Below are positions 9,058-19,484 of a DNA stretch of 64,000 nt, one piece after another; the stretch's first letter is position 1, and each line of letters begins with the position of its first letter. A model generated the notes under the pieces. That model worked only from the letters and a program-made list of their open reading frames with translations, was not told the origin of the DNA and did not search any database. The position numbers and the translations under genes were made by a program. The stretch comes from a virus (lineage: Duplodnaviria > Caudoviricetes): IMG/VR virus record IMGVR_UViG_3300030376_006203, positions 32,001 through 96,000 of that record, one strand, 5' to 3'.

Positions 9058-11307
9058 TTAGGCTTGTTTCTCAAGCAATTTAACACCGTCGCCTATGTCT
9101 AGTGCTAGTTTTTTATCTTTTACTGTGACCTTAACTACACCACCGTTTTTAAGCGATCCAAACAGTAGTTCTTTTGAAAGATCCTTTTTAATTTTGTTAT
9201 CAATCAATCTCTGCATAGGTCTAGCACCCATTTTGTCATCATAGCCATGCTCAACCAAATAGTCGATTGCTTCATCTGTAAGTTCTAAAGCAACATCTTT
9301 TTCTTTTAATTGTGTTTTTAAATCTAGCATAAATTTGCCCACAATTTTAATTAATACTTCTTTAGCAAGTTTTTTGAATACAACTGTGCCATCTAATCTA
9401 TTTCTAAATTCAGGAGCAAAGAAACGTTTCATATCTTTATCATCATATTCTACATCTTTAACTGCGTTGAAACCCATTACGTTTTTGTCTGCTTGATCGG
9501 CACCTAAATTAGTTGTTAGTATCAAACATATATTTTTAGCACTGGCTGTTTTACCATTGTTTCCTTGTATAGAACCTTCATCCATTATTTGTAATAATAT
9601 TTGTGAAACATCAGGGTGTGCTTTTTCTACTTCGTCTAATAGCAACACACAGTTTGGATATTCTTGTAATTTTGTAACTAACAGTCCTGTGTTTTCTTCA
9701 AACCCTACATAACCTGGAGGTGAGCCTATTAGTTTAGCCACTGCGTGTTTCTCTTGATATTCTGACATATCAAATCTTACAAGTTTAACACCTAATTGTT
9801 CTGCCAACTGTTTTGCTGTTTCAGTTTTACCACATCCTGTTGGACCCATAAACACAAATGAACCTATAGGTTTATTATCACGTTTCAAGCCTGCTTGAGC
9901 AACTAACACTTTATCAACAACCATATCTATTGCTTCATCTTGTCCGTAAACATTTGCTTTCATGTTTTTAGATAGATTTGCTAGGTTACTAGATTCTTTT
10001 TCAGCAATTGATTCTACAGGCATTTTAACCAATTTAGATAATTCATATTGAATAGATTCATCATTTACTGTTCTATCTGATTGCTTTTCTTTTAGATTAA
10101 ATCTAGAACAAGCCAAGTCTATCAAGTCAATTGCTTTATCAGGCAATTTTTTATCTGTTTGATATTTTATACTTAATTTTACTGCGGCTGTGATAGCATC
10201 ATCAGTAATTGTCGCATTATGAAAGTCTTCGTAATACTTTTTAAGTCCTTGTAAAATTTCTAGTGTTGTTTCTTTGTTTGGTTCATCTACAGTAATTCTA
10301 GCAAAACGTCTCATTAATGCTCTGTCTTTTTCAAAATACTTTCTGTATTCTTCCCAAGTTGTAGAAGCAACAACTTTAAGTTCACCTTTAGTCAACACAG
10401 GTTTCAATAAGTTTGCTAAATCATTGGCAGTGTTTCCACCACCGCCTGCACCTGCTCCTGATATATTGTGTGCTTCATCTATAAAGCAAATTGCTTTGCC
10501 TTTTTTCTTCAAACCATTAAGAACCATTTTGAATCTTTCTTCAAAATCACCTCTGTATTTAGAACCAGCCAACATTGCTCCAATATCTAAATTGTAAACT
10601 TCATATCCTTTTAAAAATTCAGGACAAGTTTCATTTACTATATTGAATGCTAAACCTTCTGCTATTGCTGTTTTACCTACGCCAGGATCACCAACAAGTA
10701 TCACATTGTTTTTCATTCTTCTTCCAATAGTAAGTGCTATTTGATTTAGTTCATCTATTCTGCCAATTACAGGATCTATTTTTTTCTTTTTAACTTCAGC
10801 ATTCAAATTAGATGTATATTTGTTTAATGCTCTTTTAGTTTCAGTTTGATCAACTTCATCTTCAAATATTTCTTCTATTTCACTATGTAGGTAGTCCATA
10901 AATTTTTCTTTATCAACTTTTGCTTGTACAAGGAAATAATATGCCCAACTTTTTGTTTCACTCATTAAACTTAAAAATACATCTGTTAAGTCTATATTTG
11001 TTCTACCACTGAATAAAACTTGCGTGAATGCTCTGTTTAGCACTCTTTCAACACTAATAGTTTTTTTAGGCTTGTATTTGGCAACTGATAATTTAATGCC
11101 ATCTAGTTTATGATCAAGATATGTAATCAGATGTGTTTTTAAATTATCCACATCAGTGCCGTAACCTTTTAATATATTACAGAATTTTTCATCTTCGCAC
11201 ATAGAAAACAGCATATGTTCAAGAGTAACATATTCGTGCTTGTATGACTTGGATAAATTTACTGCTCTATCAAATACACTTTGTAAAGCACCACTAGGTT
11301 CAACCAT
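9058..11307 (-). CDS. clpA: ATP-dependent Clp protease ATPase subunit ClpA
   Basis: Clp N-domain (HEYVTLEH), two Walker A motifs GDPGVGKT and GPTGCGKT, RFDMSEY, GSPPGYVG, MGF ClpP-docking loop, no ClpB middle domain. Confidence 0.93.
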   Translation of the reverse strand: MVEPSGALQSVFDRAVNLSKSYKHEYVTLEHMLFSMCEDEKFCNILKGYGTDVDNLKTHLITYLDHKLDGIKLSVAKYKPKKTISVERVLNRAFTQVLFSGRTNIDLTDVFLSLMSETKSWAYYFLVQAKVDKEKFMDYLHSEIEEIFEDEVDQTETKRALNKYTSNLNAEVKKKKIDPVIGRIDELNQIALTIGRRMKNNVILVGDPGVGKTAIAEGLAFNIVNETCPEFLKGYEVYNLDIGAMLAGSKYRGDFEERFKMVLNGLKKKGKAICFIDEAHNISGAGAGGGGNTANDLANLLKPVLTKGELKVVASTTWEEYRKYFEKDRALMRRFARITVDEPNKETTLEILQGLKKYYEDFHNATITDDAITAAVKLSIKYQTDKKLPDKAIDLIDLACSRFNLKEKQSDRTVNDESIQYELSKLVKMPVESIAEKESSNLANLSKNMKANVYGQDEAIDMVVDKVLVAQAGLKRDNKPIGSFVFMGPTGCGKTETAKQLAEQLGVKLVRFDMSEYQEKHAVAKLIGSPPGYVGFEENTGLLVTKLQEYPNCVLLLDEVEKAHPDVSQILLQIMDEGSIQGNNGKTASAKNICLILTTNLGADQADKNVMGFNAVKDVEYDDKDMKRFFAPEFRNRLDGTVVFKKLAKEVLIKIVGKFMLDLKTQLKEKDVALELTDEAIDYLVEHGYDDKMGARPMQRLIDNKIKKDLSKELLFGSLKNGGVVKVTVKDKKLALDIGDGVKLLEKQA

Positions 11308-11791
11308 TTACAAATCCTTTTAATATTTTTTCTTGTTTCTTTTTTGCCATTTCCAAACGCATTTTTGAAACTCTTTGATCAAAGGTAATGCCTTGAAGAT
11401 GGTCGTATTCATGTAAAAATACTCTTGCATGAAAACCTTCTAACTTAATTATACATTCTTTTTGCTGTGTGTCAAGGTATTTTACGCCTATAATATCAGG
11501 TCTTTTTACTTTCATAAACAGTCCTGGAAAACTTAAACACCCTTCCATCATTTCAACTTTATTTGTGCTTACTTCTGTAATCATAGGATTAATTATTGTC
11601 ATAGGTTTGTCTTCACCCATAATAAAAATTTGGGCATCCAATCCTACTTGATTAGCCGCTAATCCTACACCTTCATATTTTTTCATTATATCAAACATTT
11701 CGGTAGAAATTTTTTCTGCGTCCATAGTATTGAAATCGAAATCCTTTACTTTCTTTTCTAAAAATTCATCAGGTGCTTTAATTAATTTCAT
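11300..11791 (-). CDS. def: peptide deformylase
   Basis: [18 protein letters not shown] motifs. Confidence 0.95.
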   Translation of the reverse strand: MKLIKAPDEFLEKKVKDFDFNTMDAEKISTEMFDIMKKYEGVGLAANQVGLDAQIFIMGEDKPMTIINPMITEVSTNKVEMMEGCLSFPGLFMKVKRPDIIGVKYLDTQQKECIIKLEGFHARVFLHEYDHLQGITFDQRVSKMRLEMAKKKQEKILKGFVNG

Positions 11792-12626
11792 TTTTAATCC
11801 TTGTTAATGTTTCTACCCATTCTGCCTTGCTTACTGACGGTATATCTGCTTGAATTGTCAAATATATATTTCCTCGTCTTCCGCCTCTTGTAGGCAAGCC
11901 TTGTTCACTAATACTTAATACAGTGCCAGGTTGTGTGCCTTTAGGAATTGATATTGCCAAATTTCTTCCTTCAAGTGTTGTGATTGTGTGTTTTGTTCCT
12001 AACATTAGGTCAAATACATTTACTCTTTCAATACAATGTAAGTTCACTCCATCTCTTGAATACTTTGCGTGAGGTCTAATTTTTACTCTAACAAGTAGAT
12101 CTCCTCTAGGTAAATGCTTTTGTAAATCATCTCCTAATGATGGAAATTTTATTGTGCTGTTGTTTGCTACTCCTTTTGGTAAACTTAAATTAACACTTTG
12201 CTCACGACCATTTGTCAGTCTATATGAAGCAACTAGTTCTTTGCCTTTTAAAACATCTTCCAACTCAATCTGTGCTTCTATTATGATGTCTCTATTTTTT
12301 CTTGGCTGTTGTTGTCTTCTTCCGAATGGACTTCCTCCTCCGAAAAATTGATTGAACACATCACCTATATCTTGTGGAAAGTCATCAGTTCTAAATTCAT
12401 ATGATCTATGTCCGCCTTGATTAGCATTTGGAGTCGAACCAAATCTATCATAATAGGATTTCTTTTGCGGATCTTTTAAAGTATCATATGCCTCATTTAA
12501 TTTTTGAAATTGAGCACTGTCGCCACCTTTATCAGGATGGTGTTTCATGGCTTGCTTTTTGTATGCTTTTTTAATTTCTGCCTCAGATGCGTTTCTATTC
12601 ACGCCTAATGTTTTATATAAATCCAT
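11778..12626 (-). CDS. dnaJ: DnaJ-class co-chaperone (type II, no Zn finger)
   Basis: J domain with HPD, G/F-rich linker, DnaJ C-terminal domains. Confidence 0.9.
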   Translation of the reverse strand: MDLYKTLGVNRNASEAEIKKAYKKQAMKHHPDKGGDSAQFQKLNEAYDTLKDPQKKSYYDRFGSTPNANQGGHRSYEFRTDDFPQDIGDVFNQFFGGGSPFGRRQQQPRKNRDIIIEAQIELEDVLKGKELVASYRLTNGREQSVNLSLPKGVANNSTIKFPSLGDDLQKHLPRGDLLVRVKIRPHAKYSRDGVNLHCIERVNVFDLMLGTKHTITTLEGRNLAISIPKGTQPGTVLSISEQGLPTRGGRRGNIYLTIQADIPSVSKAEWVETLTRIKNEIN

Positions 12627-12677
12627 AGTGCTTATATAGTAATTCTTTTTATAATGTCAAGTGTATTTAATGTTTTG

Positions 12678-13565
12678 TTATTCATAGTCAAACAGTTTTT
12701 CAAAATTTGTATCTTCACAATGTTCTTTAATTCTTTTTTCAGCAATATCTACATAATGTTGATTGCTGTCAACACCTACAAAATTACGTTGTTCTTGAAT
12801 TGCTCCTATACCTGTTGATCCTGATCCCATGTATGGGTCTAGCACAATACCATTTTTAGGAGTGTATATTCTAACTAGATATCTCATTAAACTTATTGGC
12901 TTAGGTGTTGGGTGGTCATTGTACTCACCTCTTTCTTTACGTGTGGCTCTAGGAGCATAAAAATATTTTTGATGTTCTGGATTGTCAAGTACGCCTATTA
13001 TATTACTTGGATATCTACCTTTTGGATTAGCATCTTCTTTTTCAATCTGTGTACCTTTTGCTTTTTCTACTTCTGAACCAAATGCTCTACGTTTGCTACC
13101 ACCTTTAATCCATCCTTTGGGTGGAGCACCATCCCATGGTACTCTCGCATTGTCGACATCAATTTTGCCAGTAGTCCATTTTTCTTGATTCTTTTCAATT
13201 GATCCTTCTAAAGGTTTTTGTCCTACAAAGATAGGTTCATGAGCAGGTTTAAGTCTATTTGTTTTTGCCATCTTGGTTGTGACCATCCATACAATCATAT
13301 CCATAGGTCTGAATCCAGCCTCTTCAACATTCACAGCCATTCTATGATAAAATTCTGGAGCACAGAAACTTAAAACAAATGCTCCTGGTTTTAGTGTTCT
13401 ATAAACTTCACGCCAAGTATCAACAGGCGGAACATTATGATCCCAACCCACTCCAGCAATTTCCATTCCATAAGGCGGATCTGTAATACAAGAATCATAT
13501 GTGTTATCAGCAACTGTCTTCAAAAAGTCGCAATTATCTTTACAGAATAAATTGTATTTTTCCAT
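12678..13565 (-). CDS. DNA N6-adenine/N4-cytosine methyltransferase (beta class)
   Basis: TDPPY, HPTPKP, VLDPYMGSGSTG. Confidence 0.92.
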   Translation of the reverse strand: MEKYNLFCKDNCDFLKTVADNTYDSCITDPPYGMEIAGVGWDHNVPPVDTWREVYRTLKPGAFVLSFCAPEFYHRMAVNVEEAGFRPMDMIVWMVTTKMAKTNRLKPAHEPIFVGQKPLEGSIEKNQEKWTTGKIDVDNARVPWDGAPPKGWIKGGSKRRAFGSEVEKAKGTQIEKEDANPKGRYPSNIIGVLDNPEHQKYFYAPRATRKERGEYNDHPTPKPISLMRYLVRIYTPKNGIVLDPYMGSGSTGIGAIQEQRNFVGVDSNQHYVDIAEKRIKEHCEDTNFEKLFDYE

Positions 13566-13571
13566 ACCTAT

Positions 13572-13600
13572 ATTATAAAGGAAATTGCCAAAAAAGTCAA
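13572..13600 (-). promoter_or_regulatory. sigma70 promoter, leaderless start
   Basis: TTGACT-17-TATAAT, ATG 6 nt downstream. Confidence 0.75.
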
Positions 13601-13603
13601 TGA

Positions 13604-13945
13604 TTATTTTGGAATCTTTTTGCTAGACCCAGTGTACAAACCAAACCATGCCGCGCCGGCACCAACAACAATTGATATCAAACCTGATTGTTCCATTGTA
13701 GGACTTGGTAACGCCATATACCAAATTACGCATTTATAAAGCAAGATGATGTATGTTGTAATAAACACTCTTGGAAAAATTCTCCAACTGTCTACTGCTC
13801 TTGCTAGATGAATAAGTTTGGCGTAAGGATTAGGTCCTAGGTCTTTTACTGAAGTGTCTACTTCTAATTCGACTGATACTTTTTTCTTTGCTGTTTCTTT
13901 ATCTGCTGGTACTACCAGTTTATCTTCTTTTAATTGTTCAGCCAT
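13604..13945 (-). CDS. two-TM membrane protein (holin candidate)
   Basis: WRIFPRVFITTYIILL and GLISIVVGAGAAWFGLY hydrophobic segments, basic tail, end of the lysis region. Confidence 0.5.
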   Translation of the reverse strand: MAEQLKEDKLVVPADKETAKKKVSVELEVDTSVKDLGPNPYAKLIHLARAVDSWRIFPRVFITTYIILLYKCVIWYMALPSPTMEQSGLISIVVGAGAAWFGLYTGSSKKIPK

Positions 13946-14535
13946 TATTTTACTCCTGGAATTTTACTGTTTCTTTTTCTGTGACCATTCCAAGCAACAA
14001 AGCCACCAATTCTTAATGACCAGTATGCTAATCTATTCATTGTGTAGAAACCATTCACTATGATGTTGATGTCTCTGAAAATTTCATCTGCTCTTTTTTG
14101 TGTAAGTTCACCCATTGTATCTTTTTTATTTGCTTTCAACAATGTTTTATATTTGTAAGCATAGTCATGAACAAGTCCACCAATTAATAATACGCCTACT
14201 GGTGAAAAGAAAGTTCTTAAAAATTTAGGAATACTTGCTCCATCAAATTGGAATCCTGCTGGGATCACATATTCTTCACCATCTATATTGTATTTCCAAT
14301 CTTTTGTAAGTTCCCAATTTCTTGTAGATAGCAACCACATTACAATACCTTTCCAGAAACCTTTGCCTTTTGTTTTTATTGCTATAGGTTTAAGTTCTGG
14401 GAAGCCTTTAAAATTAAATTTTAAATTTGTTTTTGCTCTTTTGTCTGTAAAGTTTATAATTGCGGCAACAATTACCACAGCGATTAATACTGTCCATTGC
14501 CAAAATTTCATTGCTAGTGCTATAATAAATTCCAT
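13945..14535 (-). CDS. DUF1353-family protein with N-terminal TM
   Basis: VIPAGFQFDGASIP..VHDYAY..ADEIF. Confidence 0.8.
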   Translation of the reverse strand: MEFIIALAMKFWQWTVLIAVVIVAAIINFTDKRAKTNLKFNFKGFPELKPIAIKTKGKGFWKGIVMWLLSTRNWELTKDWKYNIDGEEYVIPAGFQFDGASIPKFLRTFFSPVGVLLIGGLVHDYAYKYKTLLKANKKDTMGELTQKRADEIFRDINIIVNGFYTMNRLAYWSLRIGGFVAWNGHRKRNSKIPGVK

Positions 14536-14566
14536 ATATCTCCTGTTTCTTTATAGTAGTATTTAT

Positions 14567-14776
14567 CTACTTTAAAATAATTGCTTTGATTGACTTTTCA
14601 CCCATGTATATCTCTGTCTCGGCTTCGCCTTTCCAACATTGATATTTTACACTGGCGCTGTATTGTCTCTCTGCTTGTCTTTTACCTCTTAGGCATTTTG
14701 CCATGTTTTCCTGAATACGGTGTTCTTTTATCTCACCATTCACAAACATTAATAAGGCTACAACTGATTCTATCAT
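14567..14776 (-). CDS. small exported/Cys-pair hypothetical protein
   Basis: MIESVVALLMF..CLRGKR..YQC. Confidence 0.6.
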   Translation of the reverse strand: MIESVVALLMFVNGEIKEHRIQENMAKCLRGKRQAERQYSASVKYQCWKGEAETEIYMGEKSIKAIILK

Positions 14777-14985
14777 ATGCTTTCTTTCCTTTCACAACCC
14801 ACTTCTAAATGTACAACTGTAAGATAACCATCTTCGTCAGTTAACATATCTCTAGTAGACTTTTCTTTTATCACAGCCGCTTGTTGACATTCCAATTTTG
14901 TTTCAAATGTTCTTGACGGATTTTCATACATAACATTACACTCCATCATTGTTACAGCACATATTATTGCGTACATCTGCCACAT
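14773..14985 (-). CDS. small hypothetical protein
   Basis: 70 aa, four Cys, coupled to neighbours. Confidence 0.55.
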   Translation of the reverse strand: MWQMYAIICAVTMMECNVMYENPSRTFETKLECQQAAVIKEKSTRDMLTDEDGYLTVVHLEVGCERKESI

Positions 14986-15437
14986 TAGTGTTTTCCATTC
15001 CCGTTCTGATACACAATCTCTCTGTCTGCATCTTTTAACTTCTCAATGTTTTCTTGTGCCTTTTCCATTTGTTTTGATAGGAACTCTATGTTAATTTTGT
15101 TGTTAGCCATGTCATCAAGATGCTGTTGCATTCTGTCCACGGTTTTATAAAGATCCTCAATCAACATGAACTGTTCTATGTCCTGTGAACTTTGACCTAA
15201 CTCACCTCTTGGATATTTGATTCTAAACTCTGTGTTTTGTTTCACTTCGTTGTGCAGTCTTTCATCTTCAGCCGTTACATCTTTTTCTATTAACACTGTT
15301 TGAGTTTCTAATTTGTTCAGTCTTTCAATGACACCAAAGTATGCCCATACTCCAAGCGCCACTGCTGACACAATGGCTATCAAGTTTTTCATTGGCATAC
15401 TGATTGCTGTTTGATCACTTATATCTAATCTTTTCAT
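14985..15437 (-). CDS. membrane-anchored coiled-coil protein
   Basis: N-terminal TM followed by heptad-rich region. Confidence 0.65.
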   Translation of the reverse strand: MKRLDISDQTAISMPMKNLIAIVSAVALGVWAYFGVIERLNKLETQTVLIEKDVTAEDERLHNEVKQNTEFRIKYPRGELGQSSQDIEQFMLIEDLYKTVDRMQQHLDDMANNKINIEFLSKQMEKAQENIEKLKDADREIVYQNGNGKH

Positions 15438-15826
15438 TGTTCCGTTCCTTCTTCGTAATATTTTTTATATTCTTCCAACAAGTTGTTTGTTTCTTGTAAC
15501 TTTTGTCTTATTTGAGCAAAGTTTCTTGCTAGAACTTGGAAGTCCTTGTCTGTAATTCCAAACAACACAGGATCTATTCCTGCTTCTTCAAGTTTTTTGA
15601 ATACTTCCTCTGCATTCTCACTTGTGATGATGTGCCAGTAAATCTCTTCCATTTGTAATGGTGTTGGCATAGGAAAGTTTAATTTTTCTCTAGGCTGTTC
15701 TACAGAGAATATTTTAATTTTCTTTTCGCCACCTATACTGCATCCTGATAATAACATACATACCATCAATGGTACTGCTACTATCCATGCTAATCTATAA
15801 GTTTTATCTTTATTGGAATGGGACAT
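15434..15826 (-). CDS. putative o-spanin (Rz1-like lipoprotein)
   Basis: Signal peptide with lipobox LLSGC, directly downstream of the i-spanin candidate. Confidence 0.6.
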   Translation of the reverse strand: MSHSNKDKTYRLAWIVAVPLMVCMLLSGCSIGGEKKIKIFSVEQPREKLNFPMPTPLQMEEIYWHIITSENAEEVFKKLEEAGIDPVLFGITDKDFQVLARNFAQIRQKLQETNNLLEEYKKYYEEGTEQ

Positions 15827-16286
15827 AATTTGGATTTGCTAGTGCTGGGCACTCTGGGTTAATTTGTGATTTCAAAGTTGCTTTTAATTCTTCTTCCGTG
15901 TGTTCGGCACCTGATGCCAACTCTATACATCTTGCCGCATTCTTACCACCACCATTCACAATACGTTCAATGGCTTTGGTTCTTTCTAATGCTAGTTTGC
16001 CGATGTCTCTATTTTTCTTTGTAAATCTTTTATCTAAGTCTTGTAAATCTTTTTTGAATGTATTAATCAACACATTAAGTTTCTTATTGCTTTCCATTAT
16101 TGCTGTAAAGTCTTTTTTCTGTTGTTCCAACACCTTGTTCTGTTCTTCAACTGCTGATTCAAGTTTAATTTGATTGGCTTTTAGAGTGGCATTGTCTGCT
16201 CTTAATTTCATCACATAGATACCAGCACCTGCTATACCTGTGATTAGCAGAATTGTGATCATCATTTTTATTTGACCAAATATCAT
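15810..16286 (-). CDS. putative i-spanin (Rz-like)
   Basis: N-terminal TM, long coiled coil, C-terminal Cys residues. Confidence 0.6.
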   Translation of the reverse strand: MIFGQIKMMITILLITGIAGAGIYVMKLRADNATLKANQIKLESAVEEQNKVLEQQKKDFTAIMESNKKLNVLINTFKKDLQDLDKRFTKKNRDIGKLALERTKAIERIVNGGGKNAARCIELASGAEHTEEELKATLKSQINPECPALANPNYVPFQ

Positions 16287-16444
16287 TCTGTTTCTAACTC
16301 TCCACTTCTGTTGTGTCTACACACTTCAATCTTATATTCTTCTGAACCTTCTGAAGCATACCTACGTTCTGTTCTATATAGGATTTTACCTTCATGGCTC
16401 TCATAGCCACAATTCAGACAATATGACTGTTTTTCCTGTTTCAT
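16283..16444 (-). CDS. small Cys/His protein
   Basis: Manual ORF MKQEKQSYCLNCGYESH..IEVCRH, 53 aa; GATAAATA at 16455-16462. Confidence 0.5.
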   Translation of the reverse strand: MKQEKQSYCLNCGYESHEGKILYRTERRYASEGSEEYKIEVCRHNRSGELETE

Positions 16445-16453
16445 AAACTACTA

Positions 16454-16963
16454 CTATTTATCAAAAGCCACATTGCCACTAATCACCAATCTTTGGTCAT
16501 CAATGTTGGGCATCGCTTCGTGAGGGAGGGCACCGGGAAAAATCACACATCTGCCCTTTTTTGGCTTTACTTTGTAATGATTGTGGTCAATGTATGGGTA
16601 GCCAAAATTATAAAATACTGTTTCTGCTGAATTTTCATTACAATCCACATAATAAACAAATGACCATTCATTTTTTAAAGGACTGTGAATGTGTACTCTG
16701 TGAGAGTGTCCTTCATTGTAGTGTTGAATCCATATATGTTTTAATCTGAAAGCCGTGTATCCATGCATTATTCCAACTTCTTTCCAAAAGTCTTTTACAG
16801 CAGGAACCAGCAATTTTGCTAATTGCTCTTGATTTTCTTCGAAAAAAGATGTGTGATGTTCTTTGACGTCTTGTAAATTTTTTTCTTTACAATAGTTTTC
16901 TAATGCTTCGTTTGGTTCTAAGTCTTCTATGTGAAATGCTGTGATAAATTGCTGAGTCTTCAT
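16454..16963 (-). CDS. 2OG-Fe(II) oxygenase-like protein
   Basis: HIH..WSFVYY..IFPGALPHE..RLVISGN. Confidence 0.8.
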   Translation of the reverse strand: MKTQQFITAFHIEDLEPNEALENYCKEKNLQDVKEHHTSFFEENQEQLAKLLVPAVKDFWKEVGIMHGYTAFRLKHIWIQHYNEGHSHRVHIHSPLKNEWSFVYYVDCNENSAETVFYNFGYPYIDHNHYKVKPKKGRCVIFPGALPHEAMPNIDDQRLVISGNVAFDK

Positions 16964-17421
16964 TCTATTAAACCAGGCTTGTAAACTGTTTTGCCATTTT
17001 CTTTCATGGCTGTGAGACTTTGTTTTCTATTGCCCTCACCTATATAACTTACATGAACCCAACCTGAGTCAGGTATACCTGGAGTATAAAATTCTAATAT
17101 TAATTGATCGTAATCTAAATTATCTTCGATGAACTTTGCCACGTCATAGTTAGATGTGCCTGGACATTCAATATCTACTGCTTCACCTTTACAGTGTTGA
17201 GATCTTTCAGAACCACCAATTGCCTTGTTAAGTTCCGGGCCTCTGTATCCTGAATTGATTACTGTGACACCAAATTGATCTCTAACTTTCTGTACAACAT
17301 TTTCAAAAAGTGCAGTAGCCTTACCTAGATGCTCATCACCTGGCGTATTATCAATACCCATTCTGGTTGCTGTTTGGCTTTTTGTGTATTCTTGTAAAGT
17401 AAAATTTTTAGATAGTCTCAT
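16960..17421 (-). CDS. peptidase M15A endolysin (Zn peptidase)
   Basis: SGYR..LNKAIGG..SQHCKGEAVD..WVHVS. Confidence 0.88.
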   Translation of the reverse strand: MRLSKNFTLQEYTKSQTATRMGIDNTPGDEHLGKATALFENVVQKVRDQFGVTVINSGYRGPELNKAIGGSERSQHCKGEAVDIECPGTSNYDVAKFIEDNLDYDQLILEFYTPGIPDSGWVHVSYIGEGNRKQSLTAMKENGKTVYKPGLIE

Positions 17422-18133
17422 ATTTTTTCTCCAGTATTACGCAGTGTCCTTTGTTTTCAAATACCAATTTTGTTCCGTATTTGGTAATGTTATAATCTCC
17501 TACGTACTTACTTAAGAAAATAATTTCCGGAAAGGCTTCAATTTGGATCGAGTCTTCAATGCTTTCAAGTATTTGTGTCTTGTAACCAACATTAACAAAT
17601 TCAAATACCAAAGTGTCTGCATACTTTTTGGTTAATATGACATTGTTACCTTCCATGAATACTTCATCTACGTAACTGTCAGCAAAGAAATTTTTGTAGT
17701 TTTCCATGTGCGTTTCATTAGTTTTAATATCATACGCACCTGGGTCTAAAGGTAAATGTTCGTTGATGCTGGATTCATCTGCTGTATGACTTCTAAAGTT
17801 CTTGTAATATCTAAAACGTAAATCTTCTTGATTGCTAATTTTTTTTACACCATCTAAAATTTCTAAGATTTGATTTGGCGATTTTTTAGAACGTTCTATT
17901 TCAACAAATACTCTGTACTTGCCATCAGATTGTTCTCCTGAAGTTTTATCTGCGTCTAGTACAAAATCATAACCTGTTTCAATAAACTTAACTAAATCTT
18001 TAGCAGGTTGATCACCTTTTACAGCAAAACTTAATGTCACTATGTCTGAGTCTTCACCCATTTTTGATTTGTAAGAATCAATTTCAAAAACGTTGTCGAT
18101 TGTGTATTCTAAATCGTGCTGTCTTAAACCCAT
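17408..18133 (-). CDS. conserved phage hypothetical protein
   Basis: 241 aa ORF, EIDSYKSKMG..LDAD motif. Confidence 0.7.
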   Translation of the reverse strand: MGLRQHDLEYTIDNVFEIDSYKSKMGEDSDIVTLSFAVKGDQPAKDLVKFIETGYDFVLDADKTSGEQSDGKYRVFVEIERSKKSPNQILEILDGVKKISNQEDLRFRYYKNFRSHTADESSINEHLPLDPGAYDIKTNETHMENYKNFFADSYVDEVFMEGNNVILTKKYADTLVFEFVNVGYKTQILESIEDSIQIEAFPEIIFLSKYVGDYNITKYGTKLVFENKGHCVILEKKYETI

Positions 18134-18645
18134 TATAAACCTTCCGGCGCTATTTCATCTGAGGCTTCAACTGCCTGACTGCCATCAACTATTTCAGCAT
18201 TAGCAGGTTCTTTGTTGTATTCTTGTTCTATTTCGTAACCACTGTAAATTGTTCTAATCAAATCTTTAGGCATTCTTATAGTTACTAACCAAATTGGCAT
18301 TTGGTCTAATTTTCCTTTTTTAGTGCCTGGTCTAAAATCATCTGATTGTAAAACTCTTCTTGGGTACACATAAACATCTTTTTTGTAGAATACTTTACAT
18401 CCATAATCAGTAAGTCTTTTACCGCCTTCAGGATCTGGCATTTTATCTCTAGGCCACATAAACGTTGCTGTAACAAAATGTCTTAATATTTCAGGTCCGT
18501 CTGCTAATTCGCCATCCATCCAGTTATCATACACATATAGATTTAATTCATCTAATACACGTTCAAAATCCTTTAAAATAGTGAATGCTGTGTCGTTATC
18601 GTACACATTTTCTATAGTTTTAATGACGTCTTTTATGTCTTGCAT
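18133..18645 (-). CDS. conserved phage hypothetical protein
   Basis: 170 aa ORF; GATAAATA at 18666-18673. Confidence 0.7.
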   Translation of the reverse strand: MQDIKDVIKTIENVYDNDTAFTILKDFERVLDELNLYVYDNWMDGELADGPEILRHFVTATFMWPRDKMPDPEGGKRLTDYGCKVFYKKDVYVYPRRVLQSDDFRPGTKKGKLDQMPIWLVTIRMPKDLIRTIYSGYEIEQEYNKEPANAEIVDGSQAVEASDEIAPEGL

Positions 18646-18770
18646 TGCTAGATACCTTTTTTATGTATTTATCATAAGGACAAACTTATGTGAGCATTTA
18701 TGTCTCCATCATTGTGCCGTAAATATTAGTATGCAAACAAATATTTTGCTTAATAAACAAAGGAGTGCTA

Positions 18771-19484
18771 ATGGGTAAAAAAACGTCCAGAAAGCGCCAG
18801 AACAGGACAAACGTCCTACCAATCAAACGATACCTTCCAGAAAAACCACAAGATGTTAAGATAGTTCCTAGAAACGTGAATCAGGAGTCTTATCTTCTTA
18901 AGTTGCTCAACCCAAACAAAGACATTGTGTTTGGTGTAGGACCAGCAGGTACTGGAAAGACTTTGATTGCTGTTCAGGTTGCTATCAAAATGTTCAAAGA
19001 AAAACAAGTCAATAAGATAGTGGTTACACGTCCAGTCGTAAGTGTGGACGAAGATATAGGTTTCCTTCCAGGTAATTTAGAAGAAAAAATGGCTCCTTGG
19101 ACCATACCTATATTTGATGTATTCAAATTATATTTTACAACAGCAGATATACAAAATATGTTGTATGAAGGTGTAATTGAAATATCACCGTTGGCTTTTA
19201 TGCGAGGAAGGACTTTTCATAATTGTTACATAGTGGCAGATGAAATGCAGAACGCCTCTGCAAACCAAATGAAGATGTTATTAACGAGGATCGGAAGTCG
19301 AAGCAAACTAGCAGTAACTGGAGATCTCGCTCAGACAGATAGACCAAATGACAATGGCTTGTCTGACTTCATTGGGAAACTGAATCGGAGATCAAGTGAC
19401 TTGATAGGTTTAGTTAACTTTGGAAAAACTGACGTACAAAGGCACGAAGCAGTCAAAGAAGTATTAGATATTTACGGAGACTGA
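18771..19484 (+). CDS. phoH: PhoH-like ATPase
   Basis: GPAGTGKT, GFLPG, AFMRGRTF, DEMQN, TGDLAQTD; SD AGGAG. Confidence 0.95.
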   Translation: MGKKTSRKRQNRTNVLPIKRYLPEKPQDVKIVPRNVNQESYLLKLLNPNKDIVFGVGPAGTGKTLIAVQVAIKMFKEKQVNKIVVTRPVVSVDEDIGFLPGNLEEKMAPWTIPIFDVFKLYFTTADIQNMLYEGVIEISPLAFMRGRTFHNCYIVADEMQNASANQMKMLLTRIGSRSKLAVTGDLAQTDRPNDNGLSDFIGKLNRRSSDLIGLVNFGKTDVQRHEAVKEVLDIYGD

